Shown piece after piece: positions 23,801 through 37,100 of a DNA stretch of 64,000 bases; positions within the stretch are counted from its first letter, which is position 1, and each line of letters begins with the position of its first letter. Origin of the DNA: Magallana gigas (lineage: Eukaryota). Under the pieces are notes generated by a model. That model worked only from the letters and a program-made list of their open reading frames with translations, did no database searches and had not been told where the DNA came from. Location of the stretch: positions 50,654,001-50,718,000 of the forward strand of contig NC_088854.1 in the NCBI RefSeq assembly GCF_963853765.1, given 5' to 3'. A program made the position numbers and the translations under genes.

Positions 23801-26800
23801 GATTATGAGACATGAAAGAATATCATTTATCTGATTAATTTATGATTTTATTTATCTATAATATCTCAACAAGTCTATTATTATTAACTTATCAAGAATT
23901 CCTATCATAATTAAAGAATTTACACAGCCAAATTGAAAAGGTGAACATTAATAAGTCTTCAGGGATTAATTATCCTGATTTGTGCCACAACTCTGAACTG
24001 TCAATATTTGTTGCTACGGTGCTATTAAGTGTCTCTAAGTTTAGTGAAGAATGATTTATTTACCCCACCTGGAAATTGCTTCCTTGAAATATTTCAACTT
24101 GATGTTTTCTTTAAAATAAATTGTAGTGATGGATGAATGAGATTCACATCCATAATCAAGTGATAAATATTTAAATTTTTTAAACTGGTTTAGCATTTTC
24201 ATGTGCTATCAAAAATTAATATCAATTAATAACTTGTAGGTGAAGATGACCCTGAGGCTGTCATTTCAGTTCAAGCAAATAATGAAGGAGTATTGGAGTT
24301 TCTTCTTCTGGTCACTGGTGACATGAAGCAAACATTTGCCATGTTCCCTGAGGTGCTAATGATTGACTCTACTTACTGTACAAACAGGCTGAGAATGCCA
24401 TTATTTTCCCTTCTGGTAGAAGACGGAAATGGAACTGGGCAAACTGTAGGGTATGCTTTTATCACCCATGAAACAGAACACACCCTCTCAGCTGTCATGA
24501 CAGAGACTTCAAGAATACACAAATTAGAAAAAGTAAAAGTTGTAGTATTAGACAAAGACATGAAGGAAATCGCAGCTGTAAGAAAAGTTATTCCAGGGGC
24601 AGAAATTCAACTTTGTAAATTCCATGTCATTCAAGCTGTAGATAGATTTATTCAAAAATTATCAAAACCACAAGAGGAAAAAAATGATCTTAAGAAATCT
24701 TTTCAGTCACTTGTGTTTTCGAAATCAAAATCAGCTTTTGAAAGAGCATTATGTCACCTGGCAGCAACAGCCCCTGATAGTTTCATGGCCTATCAAACAA
24801 AAACTGGGGAAAGCCACATCAGATAAAACATTGGGCATTCTATAAAACAATCCAACAAATTAATCTGGGAAACACAACAAATAGTAGGATGGAGTCACAT
24901 AACCAGAAAATCAAAGATATCCTGAAAAGAAATATGACACTAACAGAGGCAGTAAAGAGCATCTTACTACTGCACAGGGGAAAAGTAAACGAAATGACTC
25001 ACAGAGAATTCAACCATACATTTAAAACTGCATACCGCCTAGGAGATGATGATGTTGTAAAAGATGACATTGTTAAAAACATAACACCATATGCAGCAGG
25101 CATCCTAATTGCAGAACTAGAGAAAGCCCGTTTCAGCACATCAAAGAACAATAAAATGTGCAGTTGTTCTCTTAAGAAGACCATGCTTTTGCCATGTAGA
25201 CATGTTTTTGCCAGAAGGATAGAGCAGGGAGAAAATATATTCAATATTGATGATGTTGCAGAGAGGTGGCACCTATCATACCAGAAAAAAATATGGACAA
25301 GTAGGAGACACAAAAGGACAAATACAGAAACACCAGAAAGCAGTCAACATCTGCGAAAAAAATTTAAGAAAAATCCATTATCAAAAACCCAAAAATTCAA
25401 GGAAATGATGGTATTATGCAAGGCTATTGCAGATTATGCATCTACTTTGGGTACAAAAGAGTTCAATAAAAAAATGGATACTCTTGCTACGATGTATGAT
25501 GCATGGCTCAGTGGGGAAAAAGTCATTTTTAAAGCAGAAGAAGCTGATGAACCTTATCCCTGTGTGACACCAGAGACACCAATCATCTCAGCTCCATCTC
25601 CATCCAAAATTAACAACATGGTGCCCTCACCTAAAACCAGTGAAAGCGTTGAAGACTTGCCTTCTTCCCCATGTTCGTTGCCACCATTATCACCTGAACC
25701 TCCACCATTACCGTCCAAAAATAACAACATGGTGCCCTCACCTCAAACCAATGAAAGCGTTGAAGACTTGCCTTCTTCCCCATGTTCGCTGCCACCATTA
25801 TCACCTGAATCTCCACCATTACCGTCCAAAAATAACAACATGGTGCCCTCACCTCAAACCAATGAAAGCGTTGAAGACTTGCCTTCTTCCCCATGTTCGC
25901 TGCCACCATTATCACCTGAATCTTCACCATTGCTGTCCAAAAATAACAACATGGTGCCCTCACTTCAAACCAATGAAAGCGTTGAAGACTTGCCTTCTTC
26001 CCCATGTTCACTGCCTTCATTATCACCTGAATCTTCACTCAGTAATGACAACATGGTGCCTTCACCTTGTACTAGTGAATCCTTTCAAGACTGGGCTTCC
26101 TCACTAGCCTCATTACAATTTTTATCTCCAACTCCACTTCAAGACAATCCAAGAGAATTAACACCAATGCCTTCTTCTCCGTTTTCTTTTGAATCGAACA
26201 CTCCAGAAAAAAGCACAACTCCTGTGCCTTCCCCAGCAGGATTCAAAAAAGATAAATCAAGAACATCCACCTGCAGTACAGGCAGAGCAACCAAAATTCT
26301 TAAAGACTTGAAGACTATAAAGTTACCAAAAACTCCTCCAGTTAGAGGAAATGTAAGGCTTCAGAAAGGAAAAGAAAATGTTTTCCAATCAAGAAAAAGA
26401 TTGCTGGAAAAAAAACGGTTGAACAAAAAGGAAACAAATAATGAAAGCAGGCATAGTAAAACCAATACCAGTAGGAGTGATGAAATAGACATGATTGGAG
26501 ACCCTAAGGAGATGCTTACTGATGTCCACATAAATGCAGCACAAAAATTACTAACACAACAATTTCCAAAGATGCATGGACTACAGGACACCATTCTTGG
26601 AAGCAAACTGCAGTTTGCGATTGAAACTGGAGATTTCATACAAATTCTACATGATGGTGCCCTGCATTGGTTGACAATATCAAACCTGTTTTGTAATGAT
26701 AACTGTGTTGACATCTTCGACTCCCTGTATACATCAGTCTCCATGGACGTTAAAATGCAAGCTGCATGCATTATGATGATCCAAGAGCAGACCATGGGTA

Positions 26801-27191
26801 TAAATGTCATCAATTGCAAGCGACAAAAAGGAGGATATGATTGTGGATTATTTTCAATTGCATATGCAACAGATCTTTGTTTTGGAAATGACCCATCAAT
26901 GAAAACTTACACCCAGAAAAGTATGAGAAGTCATTTGCTCTCATGTTTGGCAGAAAACCAAATGTGCCCTTTTCCATCAGAAGAAAGGAATATGCAGAAA
27001 AGGGTGACAAAGTCCTTTAAGATTCCACTTTTCTGCATTTGCAGATTACCAGACAATAGGGAAGAAAAAATGGGGAAATGTGAGGAATGTAAGGAGTGGT
27101 TTCACAAGTCGTGCCTTTCAATTCCAAAGAATTTAAGGTGTTTGAAGAAGTGAATTCGAAATGGTACTGTACTAAATGTAAAAAAAAATGA
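20817..27191 (+). CDS. MULE transposase fused to SWIM, Ulp1-like (C48) protease and PHD finger; two 1-nt frameshifts
   Basis: Exons 20817-21058, 23212-23319, 23558-23793 and 24240-27191. WRKY/GCM1-type YRC..DC..HNH; DDE motifs IDSTY, LDKD, CKFH, RMESHN; SWIM CSC..PCRH; protease LHW/IFDS/Q..DCG; PHD FCIC..C..C..WFH..C..WYC..C. Frame breaks at ~24794 and ~27127. Confidence 0.9.
25612..26075 (+). repeat. 111-bp (37-aa) coding tandem repeat, 4 copies plus a partial
   Basis: AACAACATGGTGCC at 25612, 25723, 25834 and 25945; unit NNMVPSPQTNESVEDLPSSPCSLPPLSPESPPLPSKN. Confidence 0.95.
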
Positions 27192-28093
27192 CCACGCAAA
27201 TTTATCCACCTCAAATTGACTTCTGATGCAGTTTTGATGATCTATTCTTACTATTTTGACAGTCATATATTTCATCTATGAATCATTTCTTATTCAGTTT
27301 AGAAAAATTGTAATTTGATCTGGACATTCTGTCTGTGTATTTCATTACTATTTTGTTATAAGGATGAAAATGATAAATATATTATTGTTTTTAATGTGCC
27401 TGGTATACCCCCCCCCCCCCCCCATTAAGGGCCCTTGATACTAGATGAATGAATTACATGCATGTTTGACTTTGTAACTTTATGCAGTTGTATATAATTT
27501 ATGTATACTTAAACCCAGCATTTGACTTATTTTCAAACAATTTGGTACAATTCAAACCACATTTAATTAACGATAATTGAGGTATTTGTCTGCTTTTGTG
27601 ATTTTTTTTAAAATAACCATAATGATATCTACTGTTTTTAAGTTACCATTATTTATGTAACACAATTTTTCTTCCACATTAACTTTCAATTTATTTTTAT
27701 GACAAAATATGATGAATAAAATATTCTTAATGTCCGAATTTACAATTTTAACATTTAACTGTATTTTTGTTGTTTTTTTTTTGCTTATTCATATTAAATT
27801 TAGTGACGATTTTTTTTCTATCAATAAAAGATAATGTATACCGAACTCTATTATTTTATAATGTTTTTGATGAAATTCTTTAAAAGGTCTGTTTACATAG
27901 AGTATACTTGTCTGGTACACCGTACATATATTGGATATGAAACAAGACATATATATTCAAAGAAGGAAATTTATGGTTTTCCGGTAATAAAAAAACGTAA
28001 ACATAACAAAACCTCGGACATGCTCAGTGTTGTCAATCAGAGAAAAATGTGTGTTGCCTGGAAGTCTTTTCTTTATACAGAGTCAAGTGAAGT

Positions 28094-28458
28094 CGTACCC
28101 AAACAGACTAATGATCCATTGGTCCAGTGGTAGACAATGATATTTGGATTGTAAATGTAAAAGATAATCTGTTAAGGTTATAGGTTTTGATATAATTACA
28201 ATAATTAAGAAACTATGAGATAAAAGAATGTAGAATTCTTGATAATATATTGTCATCTCATATAAGTTTGCCAAAGATGTCCCTATATTAACATTTAATA
28301 GAAAATTTCTGTTTACAAACAATCTTTTCTTTAAAAAAACCTGATTAATTAGCTTGACAAATTTATAAATTATTATCACTCTTTGATTAGGAAGGCAAAG
28401 TATTATAATTGAAGTCATTTTTCACTTGACAATTTGATTACAAGTCTGTTTGGGTACG
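28094..28458. repeat. 16-bp perfect inverted repeat pair in the MULE 3' region (possible nested MITE)
   Basis: CGTACCCAAACAGACT at 28094-28109 and AGTCTGTTTGGGTACG at 28443-28458; no clear TSD. Confidence 0.55.
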
Positions 28459-28838
28459 TGTTAGTTTGATTACGAGTTGACTGTAATTCCTTTATACACA
28501 ATGACAGTTATACCCGAAATTTTGAATACAGCTCCAACTATAGTCTACAACAGAAAATATCCTTCTTCATCATATTATTATATTATCATCTTATTATAAT
28601 AAATAAATTAATTTATAATACGTGGTGATATATTTCTTATGTGTGGATACATCAACTTACCAGTTTTATCAGTTTATACACATATAAAATCATAAAAATG
28701 TTGCGAGGATATTAGAAATTGATCGGGTTCAGGATCACATAAATTCCATTTCATAATTAACTTTGACATTTATAATATCGTCCTACACTAAAAAAAAAAT
28801 ATCCTGTATATAGCTTGGCTACATAGATAGACTATCCA

Positions 28839-28973
28839 CACGATGGTCGTGTAAATAGATTTTCATAAATTAATTCACACGACGGTCGTGTGTTTATCAC
28901 AATATTCAGTTATAGCTATTTGCACGACGGTCGTGTAAATAGACTTTGCTTAATTATGTGCACGACGGTCTTG
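28839..28973. repeat. MULE right subterminal palindromic repeats (4 copies)
   Basis: CACGAC-G-GTCGTG cores at 28839, 28878, 28923 and 28961; central base is the complement of that in the left-end copies. Confidence 0.9.
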
Positions 28974-29500
28974 TATATTTCATCGGCCATAATAAAGCCC
29001 GATTTTCTTCATCAATATCGATAAATAATAATGACTCTGAAAATAAAGATAAATTTATATAAACTATAACTAAATAGATCAACAGATATCTTCTCTAACA
29101 AATACCAAACCCCTTCCCCATAATCGTATATTTCATTATTTCATAGAACGTGGGCACTGCAGTACAGACCTGGGGTCGAAACAACTTGTCTTCTGGATAA
29201 CTGACGAATGGGGTTTCATACACTCTGATCGGGGACAGGTTAGTTTGTAGGTGTCATTAAGCGGGTGAACAGAACGGTAGGCTAATTCCTGTGAATATAT
29301 GTACTCGTAGCTATAAAATATCCACAATTTATACATACAAAGTTTGTATGTACTAATGTAGGTCAAATGTTTTTGTTGTTGACCATCATTTTTTCCGAGG
29401 GAATAATACAGATAAATGCATTAATAAACAGACTACAATCATTTTAATATTTGGTTGGCGTTTTCTTATCTTAACTTTATATTCGCTTGTATGGCGAGCC

Positions 29501-32500
29501 ATGTATGAGCAAATTCAGCAACTTTTATTATTTTACATCACAAAGTTTACGTGAGTGAAAATCTTGTGTGTAGAATTATTTGAAACAAATCAATGCAACA
29601 AACATATATAATGCAGTAAAAAGTTGGGTTGCTATCCTCAATTGAATTTTAAAAGTAAATTCAGAAAAGTATGAGCGAATCATACATGTATATACTTCTA
29701 AGTTGAAGGGGCTATCGAGTATATTTATGTATATTTCATCAAGTCCAATATCTGATACTATTTTTACAGATGTTTGTGGATATTATCATATTTGACCAAG
29801 ACTGGGCGTTCAGCCAATTATACATATCTGCCGTAAACTTTGACATATGATATTTTTGGCCATAAAATATTATTTTAAAGTAAAGAAAAAATCCAATCAT
29901 TTAAACTTTGAAATTTAAGCATTTCATTTATGATACATAAAAATATATTAGCCTAAAAATGGGAACTACCATCATAATTATAATGCTACATGTACCTTCA
30001 CAGCCCTACTGTATGAACCACCATAGAAAGAATTTAACCGAATTACATCTCCTTAGTCTGTGAATCAGTACCAACGAGATTTTATAACGGTTGGAAAATC
30101 CCCTTTTTTGGTTTTGAATTGTTCTGATGAATTTATGTTTTCTATGTACTTTTTACATCATCCACAAAATTTTATAAATGTAAAATTTGACCAAACATCT
30201 TAAATCATGCGATGCAGATTAGGTTTCGATTATTTTGAATGATACTCTCAGTCTGACATGCATTTTTCAAACCGAAGATTTTGGATCTGAATCCCATGTC
30301 TTAAGTATCAGATGCAAAAATTATCTAAATTATTATTTATAATCAATAAGTGATTCATGCAGGATATGAAGGTAGCGACATTGTAGAAAAATACATAATC
30401 CGCATTATACTGTAGTTGGTTATGTATACTCTGCATTGATCGCTCATACGTTCAAAACCCGCATGAATCATCAAAGAAAGCATTGCATTGTTTATATTTA
30501 CATCCTTTTTAAAGCAAATTAATGAAAAAAATCAATTGATCGTAAAGAGTAAGTAAAAGTAACTAAAACATCTTTAATTATGTACAACAGTACATTAGAG
30601 AAACGAAATAGCCAAGTCATGTTATATGGGAGTATGAGTCTGACATTATCATGATTATTTCGAATCGGGCAGTCATGCAGTGATTTTCATAGGGTGCTGA
30701 AGGTTTCGACCAATTGATAAATGGTTAGAACTGGATTGTATATATTTCAGCTCTGTCAGTTTCTTTAGAGCTGTGAGTTACAATCAATAAGAAATAGAGA
30801 GATTCATACTTGGTGGATGTAAATTAATGTAAACAAATGATTCTGTCATAATCCGAGATCTTGCATGCTCTTTTTTTTCAGCATGTCCGTGCGATCTGCC
30901 ATAAGCACTATTATGAGAGCCGTAAGAGTCACAGAATTTGGTGGGCCTCAGGTGTTAAAATTAGAAACAAATGTGCCCGTGCCAAGACCTTCGGAGGACC
31001 AGGTATACAATGCAGTGTTTTCTCATCTATCTGAAAACCAGACCCATATAAGGTCAATGCTGGAATTGTTCACAGTATTGTATACTTTTATCGGTGAATT
31101 TTTCTGCAAGATTTGATTGTTACGTTCATAGTCTGATAAACTACTATAGAAAGAATTTTAGAGTTTACATGTACATATATATCTCTTCGAATCTCTTAAT
31201 TCTGTCTATTCTACCCTTTGTTCGGTTATTTGTTCATTCGCGGGCAAATTGCACTACACTTTAAATTTCATTCGTTAAAATTGATAAATAATGTTTTGTT
31301 TAAAGACTTAAAAATAGACTATAAACTGCTTATCAGTTTTCAGAAGAAATGCCGAAGAAAATAAAGACCAAGTATTCTCAGGATAGCATAGTACTTAGTT
31401 CTTTGGTTTAATTCTTATAGGTTTTAATTAAAGTTCACGCCGCAGGTATCAACCCCGTGGATACATACATCAGGTCGGGAACCTACGCCGTGAAACCCAC
31501 ACTGCCCTACACCCCCGGGAAAGACGTAGCTGGGGTGGTGGAGGAAGTGGGTTCAAAGGTCAAACATCTCAAGGTAACGAACTCGCATAAAGGTGGGCAC
31601 TAGTATATGAAGGATGAAAAAAATCAAGTCTCTTGTTAGGATATATCTTGCATATAAGTGCAAAAATGTCAAAATTGAATGTTTTAATGCTCCATTTAAA
31701 TGAAAATGCACCCTTTGCAGAGACTCTCTGCATGAAGCATCTGAATACGCTGGATTTGCAATTTGCATGCCTCGCATGTTTGTATTTAGTATTTGTGTAC
31801 AATGCTGATGAACATAATTGCTCAAAGTTGAAATAAATGATAATGATACTTGAATTGCAGCCATTTTAACGGGACGTGGAACTTTTGGTTTGTTATCTAG
31901 TTCATGCAGCAAAACAAGTTAATATTGATGCTGGCATCAAGTGAAATATGCACTGATTACTAAGGACACGCCTACGACAGAATTCTATTTAAAGCAAGCA
32001 ATGGTCATGTTAAAGTGGCTCTACGAAGGAAGTATCATAATGACTAAACTACGGCAATGAAAATTAATAATAAATCGATTAAAATAACCAAAAGTCTGGT
32101 TTTCCATGGATTTTGTCAGAACGGTAAATCAGGTTGTATATAGGTAAAATTGTTGTTAGCCTAAACCTAAAAAAAACAATACATAAAGGGTTGACAACTT
32201 TTCCCATTTATTCTGTATTTTTTTTTTTTTTAGTTCTACAATACACCAGTGATGCATCAAAACATCAAAGTCTTGATAAATGGAAAGAGACCGATACATT
32301 TACCAAAATATACACTGCAATGCATTATGTTACCAGCATTGAAATTCAAGCTATCTCATTACATGTATCTTTATTCAAATTCACGGATTTTTATGTAGAT
32401 TTGATTAATGTACCTATTTTGATTTGATGAAACCCAGTGTTAGGACTAATTGGCGGTTTACTAGATTTTTTCTAACGGAAAATCGGCTGCAGCTGATCTG

Positions 32501-34102
32501 AAACACACACTTTTGAGCTTTATGATAAAACGTCAGTTATACTTGCAACCTGTATTACGTTAGTTTTCAGTCTTTAATTTTACATTATTACATGTACACG
32601 TCATCGTTCCACAGAAAGGGGACCGAGTTTATTCTATGGCTGTGGCGTCTGGTGGCTACGCGGAATATTGTACTTCAGCGTCAACTGGAACCAAACTTCT
32701 CCATAGCAACCTGACTTTTGAAGAGGGCGCGGGAGTTGGAATACCATATTACACAGCATACAGGGCTCTAGTTATCATGTCAGTTCTAATTTTTTCATGT
32801 TTAAAAAATCGTTGTAAAAATCTGTCGCTTTTTGTAGGTAGGGTAATTTTTAAAGACATGACATTTTGTTTTCTACAGTGGTGGGGCAAAGCCCGGCGAA
32901 ACAGTTCTAATTCACGGAGCCAGTGGCGCGGTTTGTATTTTTTGTACAGTACCATTAATTTAGCACAAACGATTACTTCCATCGTATTAATTGCCTTCCT
33001 CACACATATCCGTACTTTTGGTCTGTTACCGATTATATAGTTATGGTAATAAATGTTACCATCTATGTGTAGAATTTGTAATATCCTGTTATATTCAATT
33101 GAAGACTTTTTTGGACATTCAGGTTGGACTTGCTTGTGTTCAGATTGCTAAGTCCAGGGGACTGCACGTGTTGGGGACAGCCGGAAGTGAGGCTGGGATC
33201 GACCTTATCTTACGGAACGGATGTGACGCAGCCTTCAGTCACAGGGAAGACGGATATGCAGCCAAAATAATGGTGCCCTGAATACTTACTCCGCTATTTA
33301 ACTACTAATAAATATGCTTAACAACAGGAAATGCAATATATAAATTATATTGCATTTCTTTATCCATTTCTACAGGAAGCGACGTCTAACAATGGACCTC
33401 AAATCATCATAGAGATGCTTGCTAACGTAAACCTCGAGAAGGACCTGGAAATGATATCAAAAAGAGGGCGAATTGTAGTAAGTATATTCTAGCGTGATAA
33501 GAAATAGGGACAAACTGTACAATGTATTTTAGCGTGATAAGAAGTAGGGGGCAAATTCTTCAATTTTAGTATGATATGAACAACAGAGTGAGCTGAAGCT
33601 TTCATGATTCTTGAGAGAAATATCCATAGGTATACACATACATTACATGTATTACACGCCCATGTTTACATCCAAGTAATATAGTTTACTTCATGTTTTT
33701 GCAGGTTGTTGGAAATAGGGGTTCTGTAGAAATAACGCCCAGACTAGCCATGCAGAAAGAATGCATCGTCACGGGGATGCTGCTTTTTAACGCCTCTCAA
33801 GTAAGTACATAAAATTAGATCATGTCATCACTACATGGAGACTAAACAATAACACTAGCGATTAGCTTCTAATTTATATGTAATTCAATAAAAAATATTG
33901 AAGGTACAGTGTTGATATTTGAAAAATTTCTGAATAGAATGAAATGGATGAGATAGATGCCGCTGTATCCGCCGGAATGAGAGACGGATGGGTAAAGCCA
34001 CCAATAGGGAAGACTTATACCTTGGACCAAGCACCTGCTGCTCACAATGACGTCATCAACAACCAGGGCACTCTGGGACGGCTTATATTTAAAGTCTTTT
34101 GA
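29501..34102 (+). CDS. CRYZ: Quinone oxidoreductase / zeta-crystallin (MDR superfamily)
   Basis: Exons 30882-31002, 31421-31573, 32615-32778, 32879-32930, 33123-33272, 33376-33477, 33705-33800 and 33938-34102 give [74 protein letters not shown]. An in-frame candidate first exon 29501-29550 (donor GTGAGT) is less certain; otherwise the start is 30883 or 30913. Confidence 0.93.
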
Positions 34103-37100
34103 TACTGCGACGTGTGATATTTTAAAAAAGTAATAAAGATGTATTTACTCAAGGAAATGTACACCTATGATGACGTAATGAATAGACAGGCTTATAAGAA
34201 TTAAACTTTTGTGTATAAAATAAAGATGTTCATTATATAAAAAAATGGGGTTGAAAATGTAACAATCAGCGATGTGATATGCGTTTATATGAATAACCAA
34301 ATTGGATTATTTATGTGACTTTAGTATCATTTGATCATTTTGGGAATTGATTACACAATGTGACATTATTATCATTGCATGTATTTTTAGAAGAAAGAGC
34401 ATTTTAATCTTGCAATTTCTTAATATCGATCATTAAAAACATTAGAATTAATGTGAAAGAATCTGGCATGATTTTTTTCCAAACTAAGTTCAGCACATTT
34501 TTATTATTATTATGTTAATATCTATTATGTTGTGATTATCGAAAAAAATGTGAAGAATGCAATAAAAAATTCATCCAACTTGCATATTTTCGGATTTTAA
34601 TTGACGCAATGGCGTTTATATCTGTAAAGTCCACCATCCGCAACAAAATACATCCTTTTATTGATCAAAATATTAAGGATGAGTAAATTATCATTATGAT
34701 CATTCAGAAGAATGGACTATATTTAAAAAAATCTTCTACCTAAATTTGGGGAAGGGTGGTCGTTTTCAGATAAAATAATATTACATAAATTTCAACGTAA
34801 ACTTTGTTATTAATAAATTGTTTGATATACACTGTATGAGCTATACCAATGTAGTTAAAATAGATATTTCATTGATGAATATGAGGCTGTCGAAATGAGG
34901 TTATCGAAAAATTATACCCATGAATTAAAGAAAAACCCAACTAAACAACAAAATTATTTGAAGGTCTGTGAGAATCAAAATTGACGAACAAAATAACTCT
35001 AGGAGATTTGACGTTAGTTACGAGAGTTGTCGATATATTATATATCACCGGTGATATATGTAAGTTAACGGTCTATGATACCGCTCTGTATTCTTTGTTT
35101 CCGCAATGATACAGTAGCCTCCACAAATCTACCAGAATCAGAATGTAAAAGGTTGTCGTGTAATAACAACGCACAATATGCCGTGAGAATCAATTATTCA
35201 CAAAAAGTTAAATTTTTTTTTTATAAAAAAGTGTCTTAATAATACGTAAATTATTTTGTGTCGTTTTTATCGAAGACCGACAGTTCTAATGATGAAAAAA
35301 CCCAATATCTATATATATTTCTGGCAATTAAACAATTTCTATTTCCGCATTTGTCATTATTATCGTCGAATACTTAATGATTAATTGTTTTTCTAAGGGA
35401 AAGACAATAAGTAAAAGGGCTGAACTAATACCGCAACTTCAACTGGCCTCTATCAATGCACGTGTATCTTATTTAATTTGAAAGGAAACAATATTAGATA
35501 GAGACAACTGTCAAAGCCGAACCACGTCACCGGATGATGGATTGAGAGGTTATGCAGGTAAATTATTAGACGCCGGTTCTTGAGAGGCAACAGTCAGGTG
35601 TAACATAGGGACCTAACACGACTAAGGAGATCTAACTCAGGGGAGACAATCGTACAATACAAACCAAAACAAGGTATGGAACTTTAATTCTTATCATTCT
35701 ATGATAAAATATAGGCGTCGAAATAAATAATGAACTAAAAGCCCCTACAGATGATGAATTGTTAATATAAAAAAATATACAAAAGTTTATAATTCCGCAA
35801 ATCTGATGAAGAATAAGTCTTTAAAAGTTGATTTAAATGTCAGGACCGACAAAATGAAGTAAAATACCATGTATTATGTATATAAGCCGTAATATTTCGA
35901 ACGAGACGTTTCCTCCAAAAAAGTGATTTACAAGAAACCTGCGCGACTACACGGCTGATCTGCAGGGAACCTGGGGACACATAAGACAAGTAAACACGGT
36001 TTGCTTGTAAACTTCTAGATAGAACGCGGAAATTTTGCCCATTTTCAGCTAACTGATTTCCCCGCGACAAGTTAATTAGGAGGGTTAATCAGGTTTGACA
36101 GTTAACATTTCTTGGTAATATATTAATAAGCCAGTTAGTTTTTTTTTATCTACTCATCACGATGACTCTTTTTGCGCAACTAGTTTGTTTCAAATCTTTT
36201 GCCCGTTAAAGAAGTAGGAAAGAATACAACACCGAACAGATTACATATTAAACTCCACATCTTTATCCTAACCTTATATCAAATAATTGAATTAATCGTC
36301 CCACATGTCACTTGTGAACTTGCCAACACGTACAATTTTTCAACATGAAAGAAAAAAATTTGGGGGAAAAAATCAGAGTTGTCAATATCAAAGCTGTCCT
36401 TTATTTATCATGATTGATAAGTAAAATCAGTTTTGACAGCTGTATTTTATAAAGTAATGGCTCTTCATTGGGTTTGTCTTCGAGGTCGTGATCAACATAG
36501 TTCCGATTCATCTTTCCAGGACGAAGAATATAAGTAACACACCTTTCTTAAACTATTCAAGACGATTAATTGAAAATTAACATTTTTGATCATTTTGACA
36601 GCAAACCAGATTTTTTTCTTATTATTTATATCTCCGATTACGACCCATCATCATGTTATGCTAATTTTACTGAGGGCTCTGACGTGAGATGTATATCAAT
36701 TACGCGAATTATCAATGTTTCTTTTCCAAACAATAACGAATTTATTGATACATTTGCAATTGTATTTTGTCACAAAGATCGCTTATGTATTCAACACATA
36801 CCCGTAAGCACAAAAATAAAAACCATATTAAATTGATTGATGAGATGGAATGTCGGATATTGACACCGATCTTCACACAAACTGACCAGTTTAGGTTTTG
36901 TTACATGTAAGTATCGCCTGGTAATTGTACAATTATAACCGTAAGAAATGGTTAGTAGAATGATATGTCTTGTAAATACGAGCACTGTGTCACCTGACAG
37001 GGGCCAACGACAAAGTATCCTAACCCCCCTCATGTATTTAACTGCGGCTGTAGCAGGTTAAACATCACGGACCATTTCCCTCCTTAAACTGAGCTATCGC

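Larger units (their letters stand above)
18542..28988 (+). mobile_element. Full-length Mutator-like (MULE/MuDR) DNA transposon, 10.4 kb
   Basis: Perfect 9-bp TSD ATAATAAAG at 18533-18541 and 28989-28997; GG...CC termini; imperfect TIRs with the first palindromic motif 15 nt from each end once the nested MITE is removed; internal MULE transposase gene. Confidence 0.9.

Noticed and set aside
24791-24810. Programmed -1 ribosomal frameshift in the transposase
   Set aside because: No canonical X XXY YYZ heptamer (only five A) and no evident downstream structure; a second similar indel at 27127 favours deletion or sequencing error.
25631-26107. Repetitive ORFs in other frames and on the minus strand
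   Set aside because: Shadows of the 111-bp coding repeat in the transposase frame.
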